From Patescibacteria group bacterium (lineage in GTDB: Bacteria > Patescibacteriota > Minisyncoccia > Moranbacterales > UBA2206): DNA of 64,000 nucleotides. Location: assembly GCA_022709735.1 (NCBI GenBank), contig JAKLIG010000001.1, positions 192,586-256,585 on the forward strand, in the 5' to 3' direction. Of this stretch, positions 1 through 10,566 are shown in pieces. Under the pieces are notes generated by a model. It made no database searches and was not told the origin of the DNA. It saw nothing but the letters and a program-made list of their open reading frames with translations. The translations under genes were made by a program, and so were the position numbers. The stretch's first letter is position 1; every line of letters begins with the position of its first letter.

Positions 1-2
1 TA

Positions 3-218
3 GTTAAAAATATTGGATTTGATGGAAGTGGTGTTCATTGCAAGAATGGTATGAGCCAAGAAAAAATTAATGATTCTTTTGTTATTGAATCATTTTCTGA
101 CGATGTGGTTATGGACGAGGTTGCAAAAATAGAAATCATTTATTTTTTTAGAAAACAAAACATTTTTTTCAAAAAATTAGCAAGAATAATAAATGAAAAT
201 TTTAGAAAAATATGTTAA
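3..218 (+). CDS. 3' end of an upstream gene (partial, product unknown)
   Basis: Frame-3 ORF open from the window edge to a TAA at about 216-218. It overlaps the start of the next gene, which is typical of the operon packing seen here. No recognisable motif. Confidence 0.25.
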   Translation, partial: VKNIGFDGSGVHCKNGMSQEKINDSFVIESFSDDVVMDEVAKIEIIYFFRKQNIFFKKLARIINENFRKIC

Positions 219-787
219 AAAAAATTGCTAAACTGATGTATAAAAAAATGTTAACTATAAAATTTTCCCAAAAATGTGTTATTGGGGAAGCTTCGATTTT
301 ACATAAAGAAGCTGAAATTATTAATAATCTCAAAGATAAAAACAAAATTGTTATTGGAAGCAATTCGCATATTAGGGGGCAAATTTTAACTTTTGGGCAT
401 GGTGGTAATATAGAAATAGGGGATTATTGTTATGTAGGTAGGAATACTTATATATGGTCTGGTTTGAATATTAAAATTGGAAATAGAGTTTTGATTTCCC
501 ATAATTGCAATATTTTTGATAATGATACGCATCCGCTGGATGCAGAAAAAAGGCATGTTCAGTTTAAGAATATTATAAATCAAGGTCAGCCAAAAAATAT
601 TAATCTGAATGACAAGGCGGTTGTTATAAAAAATGATGTACTAATTGGCGCAAACGCGATTGTGCTCAAGGGAGTTACAATTGGAGAAGGGGCCGTTGTC
701 GCTGCTGGCAGTGTGGTGGCAAAAGATGTCGAACCATACACTGTAGTTGCTGGCAATCCAGCAAAATTTATTAAAAAAATAAACTAA
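212..787 (+). CDS. Hexapeptide-repeat (left-handed beta-helix) sugar O-acetyltransferase, WbbJ/WcaF/maltose acetyltransferase-like
   Basis: 191 aa. Repeated [LIV]-G-x-x-x-x-I hexapeptides ([64 protein letters not shown]) and a C-terminal VVAGNPAK. Sits in a glycan locus. Confidence 0.8.
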   Translation: MLKKIAKLMYKKMLTIKFSQKCVIGEASILHKEAEIINNLKDKNKIVIGSNSHIRGQILTFGHGGNIEIGDYCYVGRNTYIWSGLNIKIGNRVLISHNCNIFDNDTHPLDAEKRHVQFKNIINQGQPKNINLNDKAVVIKNDVLIGANAIVLKGVTIGEGAVVAAGSVVAKDVEPYTVVAGNPAKFIKKIN

Positions 788-795
788 AAATTATA

Positions 796-1665
796 ATGAA
801 AAGGATATATTTATTTTTTAATCAGTTTGTAATTTTTAGAAAAATTTTGATTTTGATATATAAAATTTATGGCAAGAAACCTTTCGCGTGGGGGTATGAT
901 CAGTATAAATGGGAATTAATCGGAGACATACTATGTGATAAAGATATGCTGGGTTCTTTTGCGGAAAAAAATCTTCCTGAAAATATTGGAATTGGGATTG
1001 ATGAACGAGTGGTTGAATACGGATGGATTTTTTCAAGTATTGAAGAAAATAAATCAGAAAAGGTTTTAGATGCTGGATCAGTGTTTAATTTTTTAGAGAT
1101 ATTGAATCTAAATTTACTAAAAAATAAAAAATTAACCATTTTTACTTATTATCCAGAAACAGTTAGCTATAATAATAAGCAGGTATCATATGTGTATGGT
1201 GATTTGAGGGGCATGCCATTTAGAGATGAATATTATGATAAAATAATATGTCAATCAACAATAGAGCATGTTGATATGGACAATTCTATTTATGGATATA
1301 AAATTAAAAATTCTGGAAATAAAGTTGTAAAAAATTATGAATATTTAAAAGTAATTGCTGAATTATATAGAATATTGAAAAAAGATGGAATGTTGTTTGT
1401 TACTTTTCCTTTTGGAAAGTTTGAAAATCACGGTTTTTTCCAGCAATTTGATTCAGAAATGCTTGGTCGCATAAAGGAATTTTTAAAAGACAAGGGTGAA
1501 CTGGAAGTTGATTTTTTCAAATATTCAAAAAATGGTTGGAATCTTTGCAAAGAAAATGACTGTGCCGATGTTATTTCACATAATCCACATACTGGCATGG
1601 GCAAGGGGGATGACGGCGCTGCTCATTGCAGGGCGGTATGCTGTATTAAATTTTCAAAAAAATGA
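796..1665 (+). CDS. Class I SAM-dependent methyltransferase-like protein
   Basis: 289 aa. VLDAGSVFNF (motif I-like), acidic patch GDLRGMPFRDEYYDKIICQSTIEHV, LKKDGMLFVTFPFG (motif III-like). The C-terminal tail overlaps the next gene and may be shorter than the ORF call. Confidence 0.5.
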   Translation: MKRIYLFFNQFVIFRKILILIYKIYGKKPFAWGYDQYKWELIGDILCDKDMLGSFAEKNLPENIGIGIDERVVEYGWIFSSIEENKSEKVLDAGSVFNFLEILNLNLLKNKKLTIFTYYPETVSYNNKQVSYVYGDLRGMPFRDEYYDKIICQSTIEHVDMDNSIYGYKIKNSGNKVVKNYEYLKVIAELYRILKKDGMLFVTFPFGKFENHGFFQQFDSEMLGRIKEFLKDKGELEVDFFKYSKNGWNLCKENDCADVISHNPHTGMGKGDDGAAHCRAVCCIKFSKK

Positions 1666-2411
1666 ACTGGGAAGACGCTGTCCAACAATTAAAATCGCAG
1701 AAAGATCAGCAAGAACTTGTGAAAGCTTGTTTTTATGATGATCCACTTATTGATGCTGCAAATAGATATTATGAAAGTACAGAATGGAAAGAGATGCGAA
1801 AATATTTGCCCAGTAAAAAAGGTAGAGTGTTAGATATTGGCGCTGGCAGAGGTATTTCATCTTTTGCATTTGCTAGGGATGGTTGGGATGTGACTGCGCT
1901 AGAACCAGATCCAAGCAATGTTGTAGGCGCTGGAGCAATTAAAAATTTAGCCAAAGAAAATAATTTAAATATAAAGATAGCTGAAAATTGGGGAGAGAGA
2001 TTGCCATTCAATGATGCTGGCTTTGATGTTGTATATCTGCGTCAAGCCTTGCATCATGCAAAAAATCTGGCAGAATTTTGTAGTGAGGCAGGAAGAGTTT
2101 TGAAGTCTGGAGGAATTTTTATCGCTACGCGAGAACATGTAATTTCAAAAAAAGAAGATTTGTCGGTTTTTTTGGAAAAACATCCACTTCATAAACTATA
2201 CGGCGGAGAAAATGCTTTCTTGCTTTCCGAATATAAAAAAGCGATAGAAAATTCTGGTATAAAACTTGAGCATATTTTGAATACTCTCGAGTCGAATATT
2301 AATTTATATCCAAGAAAAAATAAATATATTCCGAAAACAATAGCTAAGTTCTTCGGAAGCTTAATTAAATATCCCGGAATGTTGTATTCATTTATAGGCA
2401 AAAAAATATGA
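1662..2411 (+). CDS. Class I SAM-dependent methyltransferase (Methyltransf_11/25-like)
   Basis: 249 aa. VLDIGAGRGISSFAFA (GxGxG SAM site), FDVVYLRQALHH, LKSGGIFIATRE. ATGA overlap with the upstream gene. Confidence 0.75.
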   Translation: MNWEDAVQQLKSQKDQQELVKACFYDDPLIDAANRYYESTEWKEMRKYLPSKKGRVLDIGAGRGISSFAFARDGWDVTALEPDPSNVVGAGAIKNLAKENNLNIKIAENWGERLPFNDAGFDVVYLRQALHHAKNLAEFCSEAGRVLKSGGIFIATREHVISKKEDLSVFLEKHPLHKLYGGENAFLLSEYKKAIENSGIKLEHILNTLESNINLYPRKNKYIPKTIAKFFGSLIKYPGMLYSFIGKKI

Positions 2412-3340
2412 AAAAGAAAAAGATAGTTTTTATAACAGGCGCCTCTGGATTTATCGGCAAAAATACTGCGCGATATTTTAATGAAAATGGCTGGTATGTT
2501 GTTGGTCTTGGATTGGGGAAATGGACAGAGAAAGAATTTAAAAGTTGGGGAATTGATGAATGGCATCCGGGTTTAATCACAAAAGAATTATTATCAAGTG
2601 TAAAAAAGAAACTCAATTTGATAATTCATTGTGCGGGAGGAGGATCTGTCGGATTTTCAGTAAAACATCCAAAAGAAGATTTTAATATGACCGTTAAAAG
2701 CACTCGCAGCGTCTTGGAATTTATGCGAAGCAATTGCCCTAATGCAAGACTAATTTATCCTTCCAGCGCTGCGGTATACGGACAAAAGAAAGATTTGCCG
2801 ATAAAAGAGAGTGATATTCTTGCTCCTGTCTCCCCATATGGTCTTCATAAAAAAATGGCTGAAGAGCTTTGCAAGGATTATTCAAGAAAATATAGCGCCA
2901 ATATTTCAATCGTTAGATTTTTTTCAGTATATGGACCAGGTTTGCAAAAACAGTTGCTTTGGGATGCTTCTTGCAAAATTTACAGTGATGAAAATAAAAT
3001 AAAATTTTTTGGAACTGGCTTGGAAAAAAGAGACTGGATTTATATTTCTGATGTTGTAGAACTATTTTTTATTCTTGCTAAATCAAAAAACAAATTTGAA
3101 ATAGTAAATGGCGGATCAGGTTTAGGGATAACTATAAAAGATGTGTTAGCTAAACTTTTAGCAGAATTTCAAAAAAATAAAGAAATTGTTTTTAATAATA
3201 TTTCAAAGGAAGGGGATCCCGAATTCTATACTGCAGATATTGAAAAAGTTAAAAAAACTGGTTGGAGACCAAGAATTTCTCTTGAAGACGGTATAAAAAA
3301 ATATGTAATTAAATTTAAAGAATATCAAGAAAATGGTTAG
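2408..3340 (+). CDS. NAD-dependent sugar epimerase/dehydratase (extended SDR family)
   Basis: 310 aa. N-terminal Rossmann FITGASGFIGKN, catalytic region PYGLHKKMAEELC (YxxxK). ATGA overlaps with both neighbours. Confidence 0.8.
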   Translation: MKKKKIVFITGASGFIGKNTARYFNENGWYVVGLGLGKWTEKEFKSWGIDEWHPGLITKELLSSVKKKLNLIIHCAGGGSVGFSVKHPKEDFNMTVKSTRSVLEFMRSNCPNARLIYPSSAAVYGQKKDLPIKESDILAPVSPYGLHKKMAEELCKDYSRKYSANISIVRFFSVYGPGLQKQLLWDASCKIYSDENKIKFFGTGLEKRDWIYISDVVELFFILAKSKNKFEIVNGGSGLGITIKDVLAKLLAEFQKNKEIVFNNISKEGDPEFYTADIEKVKKTGWRPRISLEDGIKKYVIKFKEYQENG

Positions 3341-4502
3341 AATAGGGATTATTATTTCTACTTCCGAGGGGTGGATGGGAGGAATTAATTATATGAAAAA
3401 TCTGCTTCGAGCAGCTTCTTCTATCGGCGGTAAAAAAATTGAATTTGTTCTGTTTTTTGGGGAAAAGTCAGATAGGGATGTGGTCGCCTCTTTTGAAGGT
3501 TTCGGGGAAATCATAAGAACTCCAATTTTGGACAATTCTAACGCGCAAGGAGTTTTTAATATTTTATCTTGGAGGTTTTTTGGCGGAAGTTTCATGATGA
3601 ATCAAGAATTTGAAAAAGCTAAAATTGACATTGTTTCCCACTCTCGTATTTTTTTGAAAAATAGAAAATATAAAATAATAAATTGGATCCCGGATTTTCA
3701 GCATTTCCATATGCCAAAGATGTTTTCTTATGCGGAAAATATGTATAGAAATTATCTTTTCAAGGCTTATGTAAAAAATAGTAATGCAGTAATTTTGAGC
3801 AGTAATGACGCGTTAAATGATTACAAGAAACTTTATCCCAAATATATAGATAAAGCGCATGTTTTGCAATTTGTTTCACAGCCGAACGAAAAAATATATG
3901 GAATAAAAGGCACAAAACAGATTGAAGAAAAATATAAATTTTCTGGAAAATTTTTCTATCTTCCGAACCAATTCTGGAAACATAAAAATCACATGATAGT
4001 GCTGAAAGCTCTGAGCCTGTTAAAAAAAGAAGGAAAAGATATCCTAGTTTTATGTACTGGCCATGCCGGTGATTATCGCAACAAGAATCATTTTGAAAAT
4101 ATTTTGCGGTATGTAAAAGAAAATAATATTGAAAATAATGTGAAATTTCTGGGGCTTATTGATTATCTGGATGTTATGACCCTAATGCGTCACTGCATAT
4201 CGATTATTAATCCATCCTTATTTGAAGGTTGGAGTTCAACTGTTGAAGAAGCCAAAAGCGTCGGTAAAAATATGATTCTTTCAAATTTAAATGTTCACAA
4301 GGAACAAAATCCGCCAAACTCTATTTATTTCGATCCGCACAATGAAAAAGAGCTTGCGGATAAGCTCTGGAAAAAATGGCAGGAAAGTGAAGGCGGTCCG
4401 GATTTTGATCTTGAAGAAATTGCCAGAAAAAATATTGAAACAAGAACTAAAAATTTCGGAAACACATACCAGAACATCGTGTTGAATGTTCTGAAAAAAT
4501 AA
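3333..4502 (+). CDS. Glycosyltransferase, GT4-type (GT-B fold)
   Basis: 389 aa. C-terminal EX7E-type motif FEGWSSTVEEAKSVGKNMILSN, as in GT4 retaining transferases. Confidence 0.7.
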   Translation: MVRIGIIISTSEGWMGGINYMKNLLRAASSIGGKKIEFVLFFGEKSDRDVVASFEGFGEIIRTPILDNSNAQGVFNILSWRFFGGSFMMNQEFEKAKIDIVSHSRIFLKNRKYKIINWIPDFQHFHMPKMFSYAENMYRNYLFKAYVKNSNAVILSSNDALNDYKKLYPKYIDKAHVLQFVSQPNEKIYGIKGTKQIEEKYKFSGKFFYLPNQFWKHKNHMIVLKALSLLKKEGKDILVLCTGHAGDYRNKNHFENILRYVKENNIENNVKFLGLIDYLDVMTLMRHCISIINPSLFEGWSSTVEEAKSVGKNMILSNLNVHKEQNPPNSIYFDPHNEKELADKLWKKWQESEGGPDFDLEEIARKNIETRTKNFGNTYQNIVLNVLKK

Positions 4503-4507
4503 ATTGA

Positions 4508-5281
4508 TTATTTTCTTAAAAGTTGCATTAATTGATAAATCGTCACAATTTTCCAATAATTTATGTAATGCAAAGCAACACTTAATTTATTTTTATTTCC
4601 ATATTTTTTGGCTAATCGCAGTTCATCTTGGAACTGCTTTTTATTTACACCACCGCTCTTGCTATCTGTATGATAGCGAAAATTTGCCAAATAGTCATCA
4701 AGAACCCCAGTATCGTATTTTTGTCCGATTCTGAGCCAAAACTCATAATCCATGCAATAATGCTCATTTTCATTTAAAAAACCTATTTTGGAGTGGATTT
4801 CACGCTTCCAGAAGGTGGCTGGTTGAGAGATAAAATTCTCGCTAAGCAGTTTTTGGTAGCTATATTTTCTAAGAAGCCAATTTTTATAGACCGTTATGGG
4901 TTTTCTAATTTCCTGGTCGCTTTCATCGATTATTTTGCATTTTCCATAAACCCACTTTGTTTCTGGATTTTTTTGAAAAAAATTAGCCACTTTTTTTAGC
5001 GTATTAGGTTCATAAGTATCATCAGAATTAAGATAAGCGACAATGTCGCCAGTGGCGATCTTCAATCCTTTGTTTATCGCATCGGATTGGCCGTTGTCTT
5101 TTTCCGATTTCCAAATTATTCGATCAGAATATTTTTTGAGAATTTCAATCGTTCCGTCAGTTGATCCGCCGTCCATAATAATATATTCAAGATTGGGGTA
5201 ATTTTGATCAAGCACACTCAAGAGGGTCTTTTCAATGAAAGTGGCTTGATTATATGATGGAGTGATGATGGAAATTTTCAT
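4508..5281 (-). CDS. Glycosyltransferase family 2 (GT-A fold)
   Basis: 257 aa. ISIITPSYNQATFIEKTLLSVLDQNYPNLEYIIMDGGSTDGT and a downstream DxD-like LNSDD. Confidence 0.85.
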   Translation of the reverse strand: MKISIITPSYNQATFIEKTLLSVLDQNYPNLEYIIMDGGSTDGTIEILKKYSDRIIWKSEKDNGQSDAINKGLKIATGDIVAYLNSDDTYEPNTLKKVANFFQKNPETKWVYGKCKIIDESDQEIRKPITVYKNWLLRKYSYQKLLSENFISQPATFWKREIHSKIGFLNENEHYCMDYEFWLRIGQKYDTGVLDDYLANFRYHTDSKSGGVNKKQFQDELRLAKKYGNKNKLSVALHYINYWKIVTIYQLMQLLRK

Positions 5282-5287
5282 AGTTTA

Positions 5288-6970
5288 TTATTTTTCAATC
5301 CAAAACATCGTCGGCTCATTATTTTTATTTAAATCTATGCGCAAATTTTTGTTAAGCTGGGGGGTGCACAAGGATGGCCCATCGAAACACTGATCTCCTT
5401 TTCTGGGGACATAAATAATTATTTGATCCATGATTTTCTCTTCAATCAATTCTACATTTTTAATTTTATTAATATCGTGCATTTCTTTAAAACTGATATT
5501 ATTTTTATAAATAAGTGTTAAGGTAATCATTAAGCATACAACTGTTAAAAAATATTTAATGTTTTTTTCTTTGCTGATAAAATTATATATTCCGTAACTT
5601 ATTAAAATTCCGAAAAGAGAAAATAAATAGCCATATCCAAATCTCGGATTTGGTGCAGAAAAAAACCAAAACAAACAACCAATTAATGGAAAGGGGAGGA
5701 CAAATAAAAGAATATTTAAATCTTTTTTCTTTTTTAAAATAAAGCAAATAGCCATAACTAAAATTCCGACAATGGCCGTATATATCAAAACTTTATCATT
5801 GGCAATATTGTGAAGCCATGAATTTAGCCAATCCCAATTGCCCAAAACTTTATCTGGATTATCTTTGGGCTTTCTTGCCCAGCTTTTTACCCAGTTAGCA
5901 ATATTAGTAGCTTCATTAATCGAGACACCCCACTTGAAATTAAAATGTCCAAAAGTTGAAGGAAAAACGAGATATCCAGAGGAAATGATTCCTCTTATCG
6001 AATAAGGAATCCCTGCGATCAGCAAAATTATGCTAGCAAATATAAGCTTGGAATTATTTAGATTTTCTAAGGTTGATCCGATTTTTTTTTTCAATTTATT
6101 TCCAAAGATAAGGTGTGAAAACAAAATTAAAAAAATTCCAGCAAAATATGGAATTGCTGATAATTTTATAGTAACCGCATAAAAAGAAATTATAAGTGAA
6201 ACAAAAAGATAATTCACATTTTTTGTTTCAAAACCTTTTATTAATAAAAAAGTAATTAATAATGTTAGCAACATTATGGGAACATCAGGCGAGGGGGATG
6301 AAATAAATTTTGTAAGGCAATACGACCACGGGATAAAAGTTGTGAGAACGAAAACAGAAGAAAAATCTATCTTTTTCCTCCTTATCATTCGTAGTAAAGT
6401 TAGAAAAATTGAAGTTCCGTAAAAGAAAAATAAGATTGCATTTAAAATAAAGAACGGTGATTTTGTGACTAGTCTTAGTGGATAAATAATTGCAGCGTCT
6501 ATGAACCATAAGCTATTAAAACCGAACCTAATATGAAGATTCGCAAGTCCGAAAGGCAATGTAAAATTAGAAATCCAATTTATCATTGGCAGGTGGTATA
6601 ATCCAGTGTCATAAGCCCTCAAATCCATTAAAGACAAAATAGCGCAGTAAAAAAACAAAATTAATACAATTAGAATATTAACCCAGTGGCAAGATGGTAA
6701 TATATTTTTTCGATAAACAAAAAAAAGTATTATTCCAATAAGCAATATAATCGATGAAAAAACTGAGTTTAGCGGAATAAAAAAATTGAAAATTGTTCCA
6801 ATGACAGAAATAATCATTAAGCCTAAAGTTCCATAATATAAAAATTTAAATTCATCATCGATCTCGAAATATTTTAAATATTTTTTTACGAATTCACTTG
6901 CAAAACAACCCAAACCAAGGAGTGAGATTGTCCAGGCGAAAAATGAAAAGATTACGAATAATTGAATCAT
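5288..6970 (-). CDS. Polytopic integral membrane protein (possible glycan polymerase/GT-C-like, unassigned)
   Basis: 560 aa, with at least 10 hydrophobic helices throughout. No soluble catalytic motif recognised. Embedded between GT2 genes. Confidence 0.45.
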   Translation of the reverse strand: MIQLFVIFSFFAWTISLLGLGCFASEFVKKYLKYFEIDDEFKFLYYGTLGLMIISVIGTIFNFFIPLNSVFSSIILLIGIILFFVYRKNILPSCHWVNILIVLILFFYCAILSLMDLRAYDTGLYHLPMINWISNFTLPFGLANLHIRFGFNSLWFIDAAIIYPLRLVTKSPFFILNAILFFFYGTSIFLTLLRMIRRKKIDFSSVFVLTTFIPWSYCLTKFISSPSPDVPIMLLTLLITFLLIKGFETKNVNYLFVSLIISFYAVTIKLSAIPYFAGIFLILFSHLIFGNKLKKKIGSTLENLNNSKLIFASIILLIAGIPYSIRGIISSGYLVFPSTFGHFNFKWGVSINEATNIANWVKSWARKPKDNPDKVLGNWDWLNSWLHNIANDKVLIYTAIVGILVMAICFILKKKKDLNILLFVLPFPLIGCLFWFFSAPNPRFGYGYLFSLFGILISYGIYNFISKEKNIKYFLTVVCLMITLTLIYKNNISFKEMHDINKIKNVELIEEKIMDQIIIYVPRKGDQCFDGPSLCTPQLNKNLRIDLNKNNEPTMFWIEK

Positions 6971-6986
6971 GATAATTTACTTCAGA

Positions 6987-8672
6987 TTATTTCTTAGCTT
7001 TTCCATATATATTCATAAAAAACTCAAAATATCCTAGTTTAATATTTTCTTGTTTATATCCGATTTTCATAAGCATTTCGGTTAGTCTTTTGTGCGTATA
7101 TTGGTCTTTGTGCTCATCAATTTCTTCTTTGCTCACCAAGCCAATTTTAGACATAAATCTTAAGATGTTTTCTGTCCACTTCGCGGGCGTGGTAAAAATA
7201 AACACTCCTTTGGGTTTTAAAACTCTTCGGATTTCGCTTAGAACGGACGGCAAATTTTCCGGATACAGGTGTTCAATGGTGGCCAGCATAGTTATTGTCT
7301 CAAAAGTGTTATCTGCAAAAGGCAATTTTTCTTTTTCAATGTCAGCTTCAAAAATGTTAATATTTTTATGCTTCGCGTTTTTTTCTTTTAAATTTTTTTC
7401 AATTCCAAATTTTTCCTTAAATTTTATGAAAGACAGAAAAAAAGGAAAAGTGCCACAACCAATATCCAAAATTTTTCCATCTCTAAGTTCTCGCGAAATC
7501 AAGGAGGAAGCCATGAGGGCTCTTTTTTTTGAAAGGAATTTTTCTAGAATTCCGTTTCCTCGGGTAACCTTCGTTTTTTCTCTAAACACCAATTTATCAT
7601 AAGCTAAATAGTTCATAACAATTAATAAAATAATGCCTATGGCGGTATTTATTTTATAACCAACTCCAAGATTGGCTAACAGATAAAATATAAATATTCT
7701 GGATATAATTGTTATGGCGTTAATGACATGGAAATAAACAATTTTATTTAGAAAACTAATAAAATTTTCAAATTTTTGTCTCCAAGTTATGAATGAATGC
7801 AAAAAGAAGGCCACAAGTGTCGCTAGCTCAATACTTATAATATTGGCAACATTTTCCTTGAAAATGGAATTAAATTGAAAAAGCTCTACCAAAATATACA
7901 TGAAGAGAAATTGGGAAAGAGCTACAAGAGTCCCATTTATTCCATATTTAATAAAAGAAGCAAATCCATGATTATTATATTTAAATATGCACCATAAAGC
8001 TCTTGTTCCATCTTTCCAGCCAATTTTTTTTCCTTCATTGTAGGTTCGTCCATAATAAGATATGCCGACTTCATAAAGTCTCACATTTTTGGTTCGCGAT
8101 AATTCTCCGACTTTGGCGGTTATTTCCGGTTCAAATCCAAAGCGATTTTCTTCTATGGTTATCTGATCGAGTACTTCCTTGCGAAAAATTTTATAACAAG
8201 TTTCCATGTCCGTTAGATTCAAATCGGAAAAAGCATTGGAAAGCAATGTTAAAAATTTATTCATCATTGTGTGCCAAAAGTACAAAATTCTATGTGATTG
8301 TCCGCCGACAAAACGTGATCCGAAAACCACATCCGCCTTATTGTCTAAAATAGGTTTTAATAATTTTGAATATTCATTAGGATCATATTCCAAATCTGCA
8401 TCCTGTATGATTACGAAATCTCCAGTTGTTTTTTTAAACCCCGTATTAAGGGCTCCGCCCTTTCCCATATTTTTTTCATGGAAAAAAATATTAATTCCCG
8501 GATCATTTATATTTTTTAATATTTTTTGAGTGCCATCTTTTGAGCAATCATCCACTAAGATTATCTCGCGCTCTGTAATTTCTGCTGGCAAGGAAACGTT
8601 TTTTACAATTTTGATAATTTCTAAAATAGTGTTCTTTTCGTTGTATACTGGAATGACAATTGATAATTTCAT
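6987..8672 (-). CDS. Tri-domain fusion: GT2 (DPM1/ArnC-like) + GtrA-like 4-TM module + C-terminal class I SAM methyltransferase
   Basis: 561 aa. N-terminus LSIVIPVYNEKNTILEIIKIV...ILVDDCSKDGT...IIQDADLEYDP (GT2 DxD). Middle section has 4 TM helices (GtrA-like, LANLGVGYKINTAIGIILLIVMNYLAYDKLVF). C-terminus ILDIGCGTFPFF ... LKPKGVFIFTTP (SAM-MT motifs I and post-III). Confidence 0.7.
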   Translation of the reverse strand: MKLSIVIPVYNEKNTILEIIKIVKNVSLPAEITEREIILVDDCSKDGTQKILKNINDPGINIFFHEKNMGKGGALNTGFKKTTGDFVIIQDADLEYDPNEYSKLLKPILDNKADVVFGSRFVGGQSHRILYFWHTMMNKFLTLLSNAFSDLNLTDMETCYKIFRKEVLDQITIEENRFGFEPEITAKVGELSRTKNVRLYEVGISYYGRTYNEGKKIGWKDGTRALWCIFKYNNHGFASFIKYGINGTLVALSQFLFMYILVELFQFNSIFKENVANIISIELATLVAFFLHSFITWRQKFENFISFLNKIVYFHVINAITIISRIFIFYLLANLGVGYKINTAIGIILLIVMNYLAYDKLVFREKTKVTRGNGILEKFLSKKRALMASSLISRELRDGKILDIGCGTFPFFLSFIKFKEKFGIEKNLKEKNAKHKNINIFEADIEKEKLPFADNTFETITMLATIEHLYPENLPSVLSEIRRVLKPKGVFIFTTPAKWTENILRFMSKIGLVSKEEIDEHKDQYTHKRLTEMLMKIGYKQENIKLGYFEFFMNIYGKAKK

Positions 8673-8693
8673 ATTTTTAATAATTTTCTTATA

Positions 8694-9626
8694 TTACTTT
8701 AACTCTCTAAAATATTTTATCGTTTTAAGCAAGCCTTCTGTTAAATCGGTCTGTGGTTTCCAATTTAACTTTTCTTTAGCAAGTTTTATGTCGGGCTGGC
8801 GTTGCCTAGGATCATCTTGTGGTAAATCTTTATAAACAATTTTGCTTATACTTTCTGGAATCATTTCTAATATTTTTTCAGCTAATTCTTTAATAGTGAA
8901 TTCATCAGGATTCCCAATATTTACTGGACCAATAAAATTTTCTTTGTTATTCATCATTTTTGTCATGCCGTCAATAAGATCATCAATATATTGGAAACTT
9001 CTTGTTTGCGATCCATCGCCATAGATTGTAATATCTTTGTTTTTTAGTGCTTGGACAATGAAATTTGAAACAACTCTCCCGTCATCCGGATGCATATTTG
9101 GTCCATAAGTATTAAAAATTCTAATTACTCTTATATCAACTTTGTTTTGTCGATAATAATCAAAAAATAATGTTTCAGCGCAACGCTTTCCTTCATCGTA
9201 GCAAGAACGAATTCCAATGGGGTTAACTCGTCCCCAATACGATTCCACTTGCGGATGGATTTCTGGATCTCCATAAATTTCTGAGGTTGAAGCTTGGAGA
9301 ATTCTTGCTTTAGTTCTTTTTGCTAACCCAAGCATATTAATTGCTCCATGAACGGAAGTTTTTGTTGTTTGCACCGGATCGAATTGATAATGAATAGGAG
9401 AGGCAGGGCAAGCTAAATTGTATATTTGATCAACTTCTACATATAAAGGAAAGGTTACATCATGACGCAGAAGTTCGAATTTTTTATTGTCCATCAAGCC
9501 TAAGATATTATCTTTCGTGCCTGTAAAAAAATTATCCAAACATAAAACATCATGCCCATCATCGAGAAGTCTTTTGCAAAGATGCGAACCAATGAAGCCA
9601 GCACCTCCAGTCACTAAAATTTTCAT
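8694..9626 (-). CDS. UDP-glucuronate decarboxylase (UDP-xylose synthase)
   Basis: 310 aa. [39 protein letters not shown], the characteristic NFFTG signature of UXS/ArnA-decarboxylase-type SDRs, plus YDEGKR (YxxxK). Confidence 0.85.
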   Translation of the reverse strand: MKILVTGGAGFIGSHLCKRLLDDGHDVLCLDNFFTGTKDNILGLMDNKKFELLRHDVTFPLYVEVDQIYNLACPASPIHYQFDPVQTTKTSVHGAINMLGLAKRTKARILQASTSEIYGDPEIHPQVESYWGRVNPIGIRSCYDEGKRCAETLFFDYYRQNKVDIRVIRIFNTYGPNMHPDDGRVVSNFIVQALKNKDITIYGDGSQTRSFQYIDDLIDGMTKMMNNKENFIGPVNIGNPDEFTIKELAEKILEMIPESISKIVYKDLPQDDPRQRQPDIKLAKEKLNWKPQTDLTEGLLKTIKYFRELK

Positions 9627-9639
9627 AAATTTATTTTTT

Positions 9640-10566
9640 TTACTTATTTTTTAAAAACCACTGATATGTCTTTTTAATTCCTTCTTTCAAATTTGTTTTA
9701 TGCTTCCAGCCAGTAGAATGCAACCTCGAAACATCTAATAGTTTTTTGGGTGTTCCATCAGGTTTTGTTTTGTCATTAACTATTTTTCCTTTAAAGCCAA
9801 CAATTTTTTTTATAATTTCAGCAAGATTCTCAATTGTAATGTCTTTTCCGGTGCCTATATTTATAATTTCACTACTGTTGTATTTTTTCATAAGATGCAC
9901 GCACGCATCGGCGAGATCATCAACATAAAGAAATTCCCGCATAGCTTTTCCTGTGCCCCAGATGACAACTTTCTTTTTATTTTTCACTTTTGCATCATGG
10001 AATTTTCTAAGAAGTGCAGGAAGTACATGTGAAGATTCTAAGTCGAAATTATCATTTGGGCCATATAGATTTGTCGGCATTACGCAAATATAATTTGTTC
10101 CGTATTGTTTGTTATATGATTGGCACATTTTTATGCCGGCGATTTTTGCGATTGCATATGCATCGTTTGTTTTTTCAAGTGGGCCAGTTAGGAAATAGTT
10201 TTCTTTTATGGGTTGCACTGAATCGCGTGGATATATGCAAGAACTTCCCAGAAACAGAAGTTTCTTTACTTTATTTACATAAGCGTTGCTGATTACATTA
10301 TTTTGAACTTCTAAATTTTGATATATAAAATCAGCCGGACAATCATTATTTGCTTTTATGCCTCCAACTTTAGCAGCTGCAAGAAAAACATATTCTGGCT
10401 TTTCTGTTTTGAAAAAAATTGCAGTTGCGGATTGATTGGTTAAATCCAATTCTTTGAATGTTCGAAATATTAGATTTTTATATCCAAGTTTTAGAAGTTT
10501 TCTTGTAATTGCGCTTCCGACGAGACCCTTGTGGCCGGCGATATAGATCTTGGAATTTTTTTCCAT
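9640..10566 (-). CDS. fcl: GDP-L-fucose synthase (GDP-4-keto-6-deoxymannose 3,5-epimerase/4-reductase)
   Basis: 308 aa. [20 protein letters not shown]-terminus. Overall colinearity with WcaG/Fcl. Immediately downstream of gmd with a 1-nt overlap. Confidence 0.85.
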   Translation of the reverse strand: MEKNSKIYIAGHKGLVGSAITRKLLKLGYKNLIFRTFKELDLTNQSATAIFFKTEKPEYVFLAAAKVGGIKANNDCPADFIYQNLEVQNNVISNAYVNKVKKLLFLGSSCIYPRDSVQPIKENYFLTGPLEKTNDAYAIAKIAGIKMCQSYNKQYGTNYICVMPTNLYGPNDNFDLESSHVLPALLRKFHDAKVKNKKKVVIWGTGKAMREFLYVDDLADACVHLMKKYNSSEIINIGTGKDITIENLAEIIKKIVGFKGKIVNDKTKPDGTPKKLLDVSRLHSTGWKHKTNLKEGIKKTYQWFLKNK

